32,000 nt of DNA, taken from NCBI GenBank assembly GCA_965230905.1, contig OZ246396.1, forward strand, positions 1,170,001 to 1,202,000. The letters are read 5' to 3'. A program made the translations under genes and the position numbers. The notes beneath the pieces are model-generated. The model saw nothing but the letters and a program-made list of their open reading frames with translations. It searched no databases and was not told the origin of the DNA. This DNA is from Candidatus Saccharimonadota bacterium. GTDB taxonomy: Bacteria; Patescibacteriota; Gracilibacteria; UBA1369; 2-02-FULL-48-14. Positions 16,711 to 24,550 of the stretch are shown piece after piece; within the stretch, counting starts at the first letter, position 1; every line of letters begins with the position of its first letter.

Positions 16711-17586
16711 TTATATACTTCGGATTCCCTCAAGCAAATAGCGCTTTGTCAGGAGCGTCCAATAAAGACGCCTAAATGGGAATGCGAGTACGAGGAAAGG
16801 TGCGCTGCTCACCAGGCGCAGGAAGTATTTTTTGAATCCGGTGGGCAAAACCTTTACGTCTGGCTGTTTCTTTTGAAAGAGCACGGCCGACTTCCCCACA
16901 TTGATCATGCGTTTTTTGAGCGAGCTGGGTTCCATAAAGTGGTCGTGCACCGCGAAAGCGCTTGGCGTGTAAATTAGCTTGAGGCCCTTTTGCATGAGTC
17001 GGTAACCGAGTTCAATGTCTTCCCAACCGTAGGCTTTGAAGTCGGGATCAAAGGAATCCTCGAGAAGCATGTCTTTTTTGAGGGAAATATTGGAGGTGTA
17101 AAAATACCAAAAACTGGCTTCCTGTTCTGGCATGAGGTGGTGGTAGGCGAACTGAGGTCCGCCGTGAGTGAGCCATTTCATAAACGGAGTTATGGGCTGC
17201 TCGGGATCCCATTCGGTAAGGCCGAGGCAGGCGGCGGTTTTTTCTGGATGATCTTGATGAAAAGTAGCGTGTTTCTCTAAAAAATCTGGGGCGGCAAAAA
17301 TATCGTCGCCAATAAAAAGGATGACTTGGCCGGTGGCTTCTTTAAGTGCCTTATTGCGGGCATTGCCTTGACCCGCATTTTTTTGATGAAGTGCTTTTAA
17401 GTTTGGCCAGCCCTCAGTCCATTTTTTTAAAAGTTCAGGCGTAAAGTCGCTGCTGCCATCGTCCACCACCAGTACCTCAAAACTTTCCTTAGCCAAGGAT
17501 TGGCTTTGGAGGGCGCGGAGACATTTCTCGAGCACGTTGGCCCGATTGTAGGTGGGAATGATGACGGAGAGAAAGGGAGAGGACAT
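16711..17586 (-). CDS. family 2 glycosyltransferase
   Basis: LSVIIPTYNRANVLEKCLRALQSQ, VVDDGSSD, and a FIGDDIF (DxD-like) motif. Confidence 0.85.
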   Translation of the reverse strand: MSSPFLSVIIPTYNRANVLEKCLRALQSQSLAKESFEVLVVDDGSSDFTPELLKKWTEGWPNLKALHQKNAGQGNARNKALKEATGQVILFIGDDIFAAPDFLEKHATFHQDHPEKTAACLGLTEWDPEQPITPFMKWLTHGGPQFAYHHLMPEQEASFWYFYTSNISLKKDMLLEDSFDPDFKAYGWEDIELGYRLMQKGLKLIYTPSAFAVHDHFMEPSSLKKRMINVGKSAVLFQKKQPDVKVLPTGFKKYFLRLVSSAPFLVLAFPFRRLYWTLLTKRYLLEGIRSI

Positions 17587-17641
17587 CTCCCGCAGTTTAA
17601 TACTGAATACGGAAAATTCCTAAGAAAATGTGAATAGCGAG

Positions 17642-18244
17642 CTAGGCCTGGAAAAAGTAACGTTTAGAACTAGGGTATCGCATTTTAAACTTATTCAAAT
17701 TCTCTGGAGTATTCAGAAAGGGTTGGATGACAATCCCTCCATCTTCTTGGTTCACGACAAGAATGCCACAATTAGCGGTCGCTTCTTCGGGAGGCAGGCC
17801 TTCATTGATAAGTTTGAGCTCTAAAGCTCTGCGCTCTTCGTCTGTAATGTCTAGCATAGGATGGAACAAACACCCAACTGAAGGATCACCTGCTCGCTCC
17901 CTCTCTAATTCCAACCGGACTTCTCGTGCAGAATAGCCTAGAACTTTTGAAAAAAGTGCTTGGACTCTTTCAGGGGTCACATTAATTCTTGCCCGAATGT
18001 CCAAAATAAAAGGACTCACCACTTGTTCTGGACAAGCAACCTTGCCTTTCAAATGAGTAGCGACAGCTTGCTCCAACTCCGCCAAACTTTTCACACCTCC
18101 CATCATCGTCAGTAACTGATCTTTTGTAGTACCAGGGGCAATTTCATGACCTACAAGAATACTTACGATTTCTCTTAAACCCCTGCCTCGAATGGAAAGT
18201 TCTCCATCTTCAGACTCTTCTATCAACTGTGACCAGTGTTCCAT
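17642..18244 (-). CDS. hypothetical protein (about 200 aa)
   Basis: The track start at 18253 is TTG; the first ATG is at 18244 (MEHWSQLIEE...). No family recognised. Has its own promoter-like element upstream. Confidence 0.55.
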   Translation of the reverse strand: MEHWSQLIEESEDGELSIRGRGLREIVSILVGHEIAPGTTKDQLLTMMGGVKSLAELEQAVATHLKGKVACPEQVVSPFILDIRARINVTPERVQALFSKVLGYSAREVRLELERERAGDPSVGCLFHPMLDITDEERRALELKLINEGLPPEEATANCGILVVNQEDGGIVIQPFLNTPENLNKFKMRYPSSKRYFFQA

Positions 18245-18265
18245 ATAGATCAATTAAGGTTCGGA

Positions 18266-18295
18266 ACTATAAACTACGGCATAGAATGCTGTCAA
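18266..18295 (-). promoter_or_regulatory. candidate sigma70-like promoter TTGACA-18 nt-TATAGT
   Basis: Minus strand: consensus TTGACA (plus tgtcaa, 18290..18295), 18-nt spacer, TATAGT (plus actata, 18266..18271). The -10 ends 21 nt upstream of the ATG at 18244. Confidence 0.4.
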
Positions 18296-18315
18296 GGATA
18301 CCCCCTAAGTAAAAG

Positions 18316-19236
18316 CTAAGCGGTGGCTAGTTGGACTTTAATGCGCGTTTCAATGGGGTTCACTAGGAAGCTAATCACGCCTCTCGCTATCCAATTCATA
18401 GTTTTTGCTGACTCCATCAACGAGCCACAAACTTTTAATCCGTATTCATACTCTTCGGCGATCCATTTTTGAATCGCGGGGTTTTTTATGCTTTCTTCAG
18501 GATATTGAACAAGTGTTTCTTTATTTAAACCACTTTCGTCCATGACCTCCTTCGGGATGAAAATGATTCCTTTCGAAAGCTCTGGGATCAAATCTCTGAC
18601 TGCATAGAGACGGCCTTGGAGTTGGAAAAGGTCTTGAATACTTTCGCCGCTTGCCGTTGACCCAAGTGCGGCGAAGGCAACCCTATGTGGAGCTCCAAAG
18701 GAATCGTTATAAAGCTTCTCAAGCGCTTCTCGTGTAAAAACTTCTCCACTAGTTCGTTTGTCGTGCTCTACTTTCATCGCATCCAGAAACGTATCGAGGT
18801 CTTCTCTGCAGTCCATTTTATAGAGTAACCTTTTTAGCAAAAACTCCGGATCTGTATTGGCCGACGTGGCTTGGTCATGCCTTAATTGAGCCTTAAGACT
18901 TGTGATTAGAGCTGAAAAATCTTTAAACTCTACTGGGATCGGCGCATCGCCATCCGCAAAATCATCGATCATTCTACAAAAGTGGTAGGCCACTTCTATG
19001 GCAGGTGCAATCCCTTTTGGCTCATGGCTTAATCTGTAGAGTGGATTAAAAGTTGAGAGCAAAAAAAGAGCAGTCGTTATGGCCTCATACTTGCCTGGAG
19101 ATCTAGAATATAGCTGGTACTTCTGACCAGAAATGATCAAAGATTCTCTCACTTCTGGTCTGGACTTTAACCACTGTAGGCAGGGGTCGAGTAAACGGCG
19201 TGCTAAATCTTCCATAGTAATATAAGGCAAGAGCAT
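18316..19236 (-). CDS. divergent squalene/phytoene synthase-family (class I isoprenoid synthase fold) protein
   Basis: VAYHFCRMIDDFADGD matches the first Asp-rich box (YaFCRxxDDxxD). FLDAMKVEHDKR...FTREALEKLYNDSFGAPHRVAF and QLQGRLYAVRDLIPELSKGIIFIPKEVM follow the family block order (QLtNIlRDvgEDxxxGRiYlPxE), but the second box is degenerate (RDLIPE). Confidence 0.55.
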   Translation of the reverse strand: MLLPYITMEDLARRLLDPCLQWLKSRPEVRESLIISGQKYQLYSRSPGKYEAITTALFLLSTFNPLYRLSHEPKGIAPAIEVAYHFCRMIDDFADGDAPIPVEFKDFSALITSLKAQLRHDQATSANTDPEFLLKRLLYKMDCREDLDTFLDAMKVEHDKRTSGEVFTREALEKLYNDSFGAPHRVAFAALGSTASGESIQDLFQLQGRLYAVRDLIPELSKGIIFIPKEVMDESGLNKETLVQYPEESIKNPAIQKWIAEEYEYGLKVCGSLMESAKTMNWIARGVISFLVNPIETRIKVQLATA

Positions 19237-19253
19237 AGCTTACACCAAGGCGC

Positions 19254-19267
19254 TTTGCCCGGGCAAA
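19254..19267. repeat. 14-bp perfect palindrome TTTGCCCGGGCAAA
   Basis: Read directly; lies 18 nt upstream of the ATG at 19236 and downstream of the small ORF 19302..19436. Confidence 0.35.
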
Positions 19268-19301
19268 CGTCTCCGCTATAACTTTCAGTGGACGTCAAGG
19301 T

Positions 19302-19436
19302 CTACCTGTAGGCAGTCTCAAGTAAACTTGAATAATCCTCCATACCTTCTTCTGCAAGCAAAGCATCTTCTTCAGGATTATCTGTTGCCAGTGAGGTCAG
19401 CTCGGTTTCAAGTTGCGTTTTTCGTAAGAGATTCAT
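19302..19436 (-). CDS. possible small acidic protein (44 aa), below the ORF-track size cutoff
   Basis: Hand translation: MNLLRKTQLETELTSLATDNPEEDALLAEEGMEDYSSLLETAYR*. A TATAAT lies 8 nt upstream of the ATG and AGGAAG lies further upstream. No homology recognised, so coding status is doubtful. Confidence 0.2.
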   Translation of the reverse strand: MNLLRKTQLETELTSLATDNPEEDALLAEEGMEDYSSLLETAYR

Positions 19437-19510
19437 GAGAGTATTATACTTCCTTTAAACTCAAAAAAGAAGGATGAGTCTCATAACCCCACCCTCCTCT
19501 TTTCCATAAA

Positions 19511-19912
19511 TTAAGCGGCCACCAATTCTTTTTCTCGGGTTTCGGTGTTTTGAGTGGAAAATTCCTGAGCTTCTACCGTTTGGCGATCCTTTTCATACTT
19601 AAATAGATGCACATCGTTAAGAACCACTTCCGTTACGTAGTGCATGATTTTATCGATGCCCTCGTAAGCGCGGTTGGTTAAACGGCCTTCCACCAGTACG
19701 GGACTGCCTTTACGCAGGTGCTGCGTGCAGATTTCGGCAAGCTTTTCCCAGGCGACCACGCGGTGGAAGTCGGCGCTCTTTTTGAGCGTGCCCTCCTGGT
19801 CGAGCCACTCATTGTTGGTGGCGATGGCAAAACTGGATACGGACTTGCCACTTTTGGTGGCTTTGATTTGGGGGTCCGCCACGACGTGGCCCAAAATACT
19901 GACGCGATTCAT
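19511..19912 (-). CDS. ssb: single-stranded DNA-binding protein
   Basis: OB-fold pattern MNRVSILGHVVADPQIKATKSGKSVSSFAIATNNEW...FHRVVAWEKLAEICTQHLRKGSPVLVEGRLTNRAYE. The track start at 20017 adds 35 unlikely residues; I prefer ATG 19912 (or 19921). Confidence 0.85.
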   Translation of the reverse strand: MNRVSILGHVVADPQIKATKSGKSVSSFAIATNNEWLDQEGTLKKSADFHRVVAWEKLAEICTQHLRKGSPVLVEGRLTNRAYEGIDKIMHYVTEVVLNDVHLFKYEKDRQTVEAQEFSTQNTETREKELVAA

Positions 19913-20028
19913 GCTTTTCATAAGGTTGGGGTTAATGATAAGCTCAATACTTATAACAAGCTGACCTTTATAAAAACCTGAAAATAATCTTAAATAGTTC
20001 TGAATTATTTCTGACAAATTGAAAATTT

Positions 20029-20610
20029 ATGTTTACTGGAATTGTGGAAAACTTGGGCGTCTTGCAAAAAAATGAGCCGGCTGGTGACGGCGTGGTCTTT
20101 ACCATTTACAGCGAGCTGCCTGCCGCTCACTTCACTAAGGGAAACAGCATTTTGGTGAATGGAGTGTGTTTAACCGTGGAGACTTACGATGCAACGGCGA
20201 TGGCTTTCACGGTCACTTTGGTGGCGGAAACCCTGGCGCGCACGATGTTCAAAAGTGCAGAACTTGGGCAAAAACTCAATTTGGAAACTTCGCTGACTTT
20301 GCAAAAACCCTTGGCCGGGCACTTGGTTTTAGGTCATGTGGATTTTACGGCAAGCGTGGTCAAAGTGGCGCCAGCGCTTGAAATCGCCATCCCTGCAGAA
20401 TTCATGAAGTACTTCCCCGAAAAAGGCTCCGTCACGGTTCATGGGGTCAGCCTCACTATTGCTAAACGACACGAAGCTTCTATTGAAATGGCCATTATCC
20501 CCGAGACCATTCATAGCACAAATTTGGGTGATCTACAGATCGGTGATGGGGTTCACGTTGAAATCGACATGCTGGCCCGCTATCTTGAAACCCTCATCCC
20601 TCAAAAATGA
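20029..20610 (+). CDS. ribE: riboflavin synthase (alpha chain)
   Basis: MFTGIVENLG N-terminus, duplicated lumazine-binding halves (SILVNGVCLTV / SVTVHGVSLTI), 193 aa. Confidence 0.92.
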   Translation: MFTGIVENLGVLQKNEPAGDGVVFTIYSELPAAHFTKGNSILVNGVCLTVETYDATAMAFTVTLVAETLARTMFKSAELGQKLNLETSLTLQKPLAGHLVLGHVDFTASVVKVAPALEIAIPAEFMKYFPEKGSVTVHGVSLTIAKRHEASIEMAIIPETIHSTNLGDLQIGDGVHVEIDMLARYLETLIPQK

Positions 20611-21008
20611 ACTACGGTATCGTTGTTTCCGATTTCAACCCTGAAATCACCGAAGCACTTTTGGCAGAATGCGTGAAAGGTTTTAAAGAACAAGGCATTG
20701 AGCCAACGGTGATTCACGTACCTGGAGCCGTGGAAATTCCGCTGACGCTTCAGGCTTATATTGAGAAAAACAAGCCGTCCGCAATGGTGGCCTTGGGCTG
20801 TGTGATAAAAGGAGACACCGAACACTACGATTTGGTCTGCCGCATGTGTGGGGACGGAATTATGGAGGTGATGCTAAAAACGGGCACGCCGATTATTTTT
20901 GAAGTTTTGATGGTGGATGAGGAGGAAAAAGCAAAAGTACGTACAAAAAAAGGCTATGAAGCTGCGTTTGCAGCCACCGAAATGGCTAAGATTGGAAACG
21001 AGCTCTAA
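20607..21008 (+). CDS. ribH: 6,7-dimethyl-8-ribityllumazine synthase
   Basis: IVVSDFNPEITEALL, HVPGAVEIPL, ALGCVIKGDTEHYDLV. ATGA overlap with ribE. 133 aa, somewhat short at the N-terminus. Confidence 0.88.
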   Translation: MNYGIVVSDFNPEITEALLAECVKGFKEQGIEPTVIHVPGAVEIPLTLQAYIEKNKPSAMVALGCVIKGDTEHYDLVCRMCGDGIMEVMLKTGTPIIFEVLMVDEEEKAKVRTKKGYEAAFAATEMAKIGNEL

Positions 21009-21267
21009 TGAAAGCCATCCAGCGTTGAATCATGGCGCGGCATACAAACCAGTTCAAACTGAGCAGTGCCCAGGGTGCGGCGCCACTTGAAGTGGCCAAA
21101 GAATCGGAAAATAAAACCGATGTGGTGTAGTTGTTCGTGAAAACCTGTTCCTCCACGTTGTTCTGATAAAGGTAATACGTAATCAGACCGGCTATCGCTA
21201 CGATCACGATCACTCCACCTACGAGTAGGCCTTTTGAAAGATGCTTGTTTGGTTCCTTTTTCTTCAT
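20986..21267 (-). CDS. small single-pass membrane protein (hypothetical)
   Basis: Preferred start is ATG 21267 (MKKKEPNKHLSKGLLVGGVIVIVAIAGLITYYLY...). The track start at 21360 would leave 6 nt before divergent pgk. The 3' end overlaps the ribH end by 23 nt. Confidence 0.4.
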   Translation of the reverse strand: MKKKEPNKHLSKGLLVGGVIVIVAIAGLITYYLYQNNVEEQVFTNNYTTSVLFSDSLATSSGAAPWALLSLNWFVCRAMIQRWMAFIRARFQS

Positions 21268-21366
21268 AAATCTTATTATTCTAACATATTTACTTCCATC
21301 TGTCACGCTATCTTGGCGGGCCTTTTTCCTGAGCTTCATTAAAATAGCTCCAAACCCCATCCCCTT

Positions 21367-22545
21367 ATGAACCTACGAACCCTTGAAAGTGCTGAGCTCA
21401 ATGGAAAACGCGTGCTCCTCCGAACGGATTTTAACGTGCCCATTCAGGATGGCGTGATTCAGGATAAAACGCGTTTAGAAGAGAGTCTCCCCACCCTGCG
21501 TTACCTGATTGAAAAAGGCTGTAAAATTTTGATTGTGACGCATTTGGGGCGACCAAAATGGAAAGTGGATCCGGCGTTTAAACTGGATTTAGTTGCTCAG
21601 GAGTTGTCTGCGCTCTTGGGGAAACCGGTGATGAAGCTCTCTGATTGCATCGGGGTCGAAGTGGAAACAGTGGTGGCAGCTATGCAGCCGGGCGATGTGG
21701 TTTTGCTAGAAAATGTGCGCTTTCATCCTGAAGAAGAGATGAATGATGCGACTTTTGCGGCGGCCTTGGCGAAATTGGCGGACGTATATGTGAGCGACGC
21801 GTTTGGAACCGTGCACCGCGCGCATGCAAGTACCGAGGGCGTGGCGCATCTGCTGCCTGCCTATGCCGGACTCTTGGTGGAAAAAGAAGTGACCGTTTTA
21901 AGCGGCCTCATGGAAAATCCCGTTCACCCCGTTTGTTTGCTGGTGGGCGGTGCAAAAGTGGATACTAAAATTGGTATTTTGGAGAAATTTTTAGACAGTG
22001 CCGATACCTTTATCATTGGCGGCGCGCTGGCGAATACTTTTTTGAAGGCGCAGGGGCATGAAGTTGGGACTTCTTTGTATGAAGCCGATAAACTCGATGT
22101 GGCTAAGAAATTTTTAGAAGCGGCGAAAAATAAAACGGTGCTCTTACCGGTGGACGTGGTGGTTTCTGAAGAAATTTCGGAGACGGCGCCTGCTCAAACG
22201 GTGGAAATCAGCAGCGTTGGAGCAGCGCATAAAATTCTAGACTTGGGCGCAAAAACGATTGAACTTTATGCGGCGGCCCTCAAAAACTCTAAGACCATTA
22301 TCTGGAATGGGCCGATGGGGCTTTATGAGATGAGCCCTTTTGCCGAAGGAACCAAGGGAATTGCAAAGGCCGTTGTGGAATCTGGTGCAACGAGTGTGCT
22401 GGGCGGCGGCGACACCATTGATGCGGTGCATCACTTTGGCTACACCGGAAAAGAGTTCAGCCACCTTTCCACGGGCGGGGGCGCTATGTTGGAATTTTTG
22501 GAGGGAAAAACTTTACCGGGAATCAGTGTGCTTCAAAATAACTAA
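21367..22545 (+). CDS. pgk: phosphoglycerate kinase
   Basis: 392 aa. RTDFNVP, THLGRPK, SDAFGTVHRAHAST, LGGGDT, STGGGA. Confidence 0.95.
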   Translation: MNLRTLESAELNGKRVLLRTDFNVPIQDGVIQDKTRLEESLPTLRYLIEKGCKILIVTHLGRPKWKVDPAFKLDLVAQELSALLGKPVMKLSDCIGVEVETVVAAMQPGDVVLLENVRFHPEEEMNDATFAAALAKLADVYVSDAFGTVHRAHASTEGVAHLLPAYAGLLVEKEVTVLSGLMENPVHPVCLLVGGAKVDTKIGILEKFLDSADTFIIGGALANTFLKAQGHEVGTSLYEADKLDVAKKFLEAAKNKTVLLPVDVVVSEEISETAPAQTVEISSVGAAHKILDLGAKTIELYAAALKNSKTIIWNGPMGLYEMSPFAEGTKGIAKAVVESGATSVLGGGDTIDAVHHFGYTGKEFSHLSTGGGAMLEFLEGKTLPGISVLQNN

Positions 22546-22611
22546 TTTATTTATATGAATGAAACTCCTGGTGCTTCTGAAGAACAGACTTAAGAACTCA
22601 CCGATCACGAT

Positions 22612-22962
22612 TTGCTGGGTCAATTGCACCGAGTGCCTGGTAAGCCTGGCGAACTCACTTCTGAGACCATAGCCCTGCTAAGCGCTTGGCAGGATCAGTG
22701 GGCAAATGAGATGAATGTAAAATATCCTAAGCTTATCCCGGTTGAAGAAGATATTAGTCGTGATCTGCGCCTAGCAAAAATTTGGGAACACAACCATTTC
22801 CTTAATCGGGCTTTGGATTCCCTTGAAAACGCCTATGACTCTGCGCACCGTTTAGGCAAACAAAGAGGCGAGTTCTCTCTTGAACAAGAAATCCGGGGAC
22901 GTTTTAAGGAACTTGCGGCTCATCTTAGAGCAAAAATGATAGCCGACGGTGTTCCGGTTTAA
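22612..22962 (+). CDS. hypothetical protein (116 aa, TTG start as called)
   Basis: The ORF opens right after an in-frame TAA (22591..22593), which is preceded by an in-frame ATG at 22555. No family recognised. Confidence 0.45.
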   Translation: MLGQLHRVPGKPGELTSETIALLSAWQDQWANEMNVKYPKLIPVEEDISRDLRLAKIWEHNHFLNRALDSLENAYDSAHRLGKQRGEFSLEQEIRGRFKELAAHLRAKMIADGVPV

Positions 22963-22966
22963 CGAA

Positions 22967-23644
22967 TTAGCGCTGAGCGGTCCATAGGGCAAGCTGCTGC
23001 TTGAGAGTGCCTACCGTCACTTCTTCATCAACTAGAGTGTTTTCCCATCTTCCGTAATCTACCCATTCCGTAAAGTTTCGGCGCCCGTTAACTCCCAGGC
23101 GTCCTGAGTATACAGTCGCGCCTTTTTTTCCTATATCTACCAACTTCTCCCTCCAGACACCCTGGAGTACTTTTATTGTAGTTTTGTCGAGAGACAAAAT
23201 GAAGGTTCCATAAGGAAAGCCAATAAAACGCTGGATTGAGTTCTCACGATTCCAATCAAAAAACGTAAACTCCGTATGTCCCCTGGTTTTGATTCCTGTC
23301 GGATCCCAGCGCCCGGTTGGTTCTTTAATTGCATTATGAAAGCCTTCCCTAATACTAGCTTCACCCCAAGTAAATCTATCCAGTTCATCTTTTTTAGTAG
23401 GCACGGCAAGAACTGTTAATGCGTTGGGCTTGAGCTTGGAAGCGACACAGGGTTTAAGCGAAAATCCGTTCTCTATTGCCCAAAGTACACCATTTTTTCT
23501 TCCATCATAGGGTTGATGCAAGCACTTACTTATTTCTTCCCTGAGTTTTTCTAGACCAGAAGAATCCGGGGTGACCTCCATGTTTGCAGTAAAGCTTTGC
23601 GCCATTTCCGCTGATTCCTGTTCGCTCACAAGGCTTCTATCCAT
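22967..23644 (-). CDS. hypothetical protein (225 aa)
   Basis: ATG start; Trp/Gly/Arg-rich C-terminal half (RFTWGEASIREGF...GRWDPTGIKTRGHTEFTFFDW...). No family recognised. Its stop lies 4 nt from the stop of the convergent 22612..22962 ORF. Confidence 0.6.
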   Translation of the reverse strand: MDRSLVSEQESAEMAQSFTANMEVTPDSSGLEKLREEISKCLHQPYDGRKNGVLWAIENGFSLKPCVASKLKPNALTVLAVPTKKDELDRFTWGEASIREGFHNAIKEPTGRWDPTGIKTRGHTEFTFFDWNRENSIQRFIGFPYGTFILSLDKTTIKVLQGVWREKLVDIGKKGATVYSGRLGVNGRRNFTEWVDYGRWENTLVDEEVTVGTLKQQLALWTAQR

Positions 23645-23691
23645 AAAATATTACTTAGCAGTCCTATATCCTACAAGATATTTAGGATACG

Positions 23692-24096
23692 TCAAGCGTC
23701 ATTGCGAATCGTACGAAAGTAATTCTCTAAAATAATCTGTGCACTCCGGCTGTCCACCACTTTCATTTTGGGAGCGAAGGCTTCCACGGTGGAAAAACGT
23801 TCGTCGATTTTTTGGATGGGCAGGGCGAATTTTTCTAGCAGGTCGATTTGTTTGAGTACTTTTTCGGTTTGAGGGCTGTTTTCACCACTGAGGTAGAGGG
23901 GAACTCCTGCTAAAATACCCACAATGGGTTCGCCGGCGAGTAGTTTTTCCAGTTGGGCCAGCAGATCTGCATCTCCGTCGTGTTCGAGTTCGTCACGCAA
24001 AAAAGCAATCTGTTGATCTTTATCGGAAACCGCCACCCCGGTTCGTTTGGTGCCTAGATCGAGTGCGAGGATTTTACCTTTATTGGGCAATGACAT
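23692..24096 (-). CDS. ruvX: Holliday-junction resolvase-like / pre-16S rRNA nuclease YqgF (RuvX)
   Basis: [18 protein letters not shown]-terminal RNase H-fold motif, 134 aa. Confidence 0.88.
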   Translation of the reverse strand: MSLPNKGKILALDLGTKRTGVAVSDKDQQIAFLRDELEHDGDADLLAQLEKLLAGEPIVGILAGVPLYLSGENSPQTEKVLKQIDLLEKFALPIQKIDERFSTVEAFAPKMKVVDSRSAQIILENYFRTIRNDA

Positions 24097-24526
24097 TGAC
24101 TTGGAAGTTGGCGGAAATGTCCTTATAAAGATGAACGGAAACCGGGCTGGCGCCTTGCGTCTTGATGGCTTCCCTAAGCTTGATGGATTTCACCGGAACG
24201 TCCACATTCAGGTCGCGTTTCATGGCTTCGGCGATGTCTTTTTCGTGGATGGACGCGTAGAGTTTGCCCACCTCGCTGGCTTTGGCGCCGATGGTCACGG
24301 TTTTGCCTTCGATTTTTGATTTAATAGAAAGAGCGCTTTCCTTCATGGCCTCGAGTTTTTCCGTCGCCTTGGCCTGTTGATTGTGGATATGAGTGACTTG
24401 GGAACCGGTTGCAGGAACAGCCAGTTTTTGAGGGACTAAAAAGTTTTGGTAATAGCCGTCGGACACTTCTTTAATTTCGCCCTGTTGAGCTACGTTTTTA
24501 ACCGCTTTGAGGAAGACTACTTTCAT
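24080..24526 (-). CDS. rplI: 50S ribosomal protein L9
   Basis: [40 protein letters not shown], 148 aa. Confidence 0.92.
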   Translation of the reverse strand: MKVVFLKAVKNVAQQGEIKEVSDGYYQNFLVPQKLAVPATGSQVTHIHNQQAKATEKLEAMKESALSIKSKIEGKTVTIGAKASEVGKLYASIHEKDIAEAMKRDLNVDVPVKSIKLREAIKTQGASPVSVHLYKDISANFQVNVIAQ

Positions 24527-24550
24527 AGTTTATGCGCACTGAAGTGCGTG

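Noticed and set aside
19237-19510. A structured ncRNA (e.g. SRP/4.5S RNA) in the largest intergenic gap
   Set aside because: I could not find the conserved SRP domain IV motifs (GNAR tetraloop flanked by symmetric-loop sequences) or any extended stem on either strand. Only a short palindrome and a weak 4-bp hairpin before a T-run (near 19470..19490) are present.
19913-20028. Possible FMN riboswitch upstream of ribE
   Set aside because: The leader is only 116 nt, AT-rich, and lacks the conserved G-rich FMN-element core segments.
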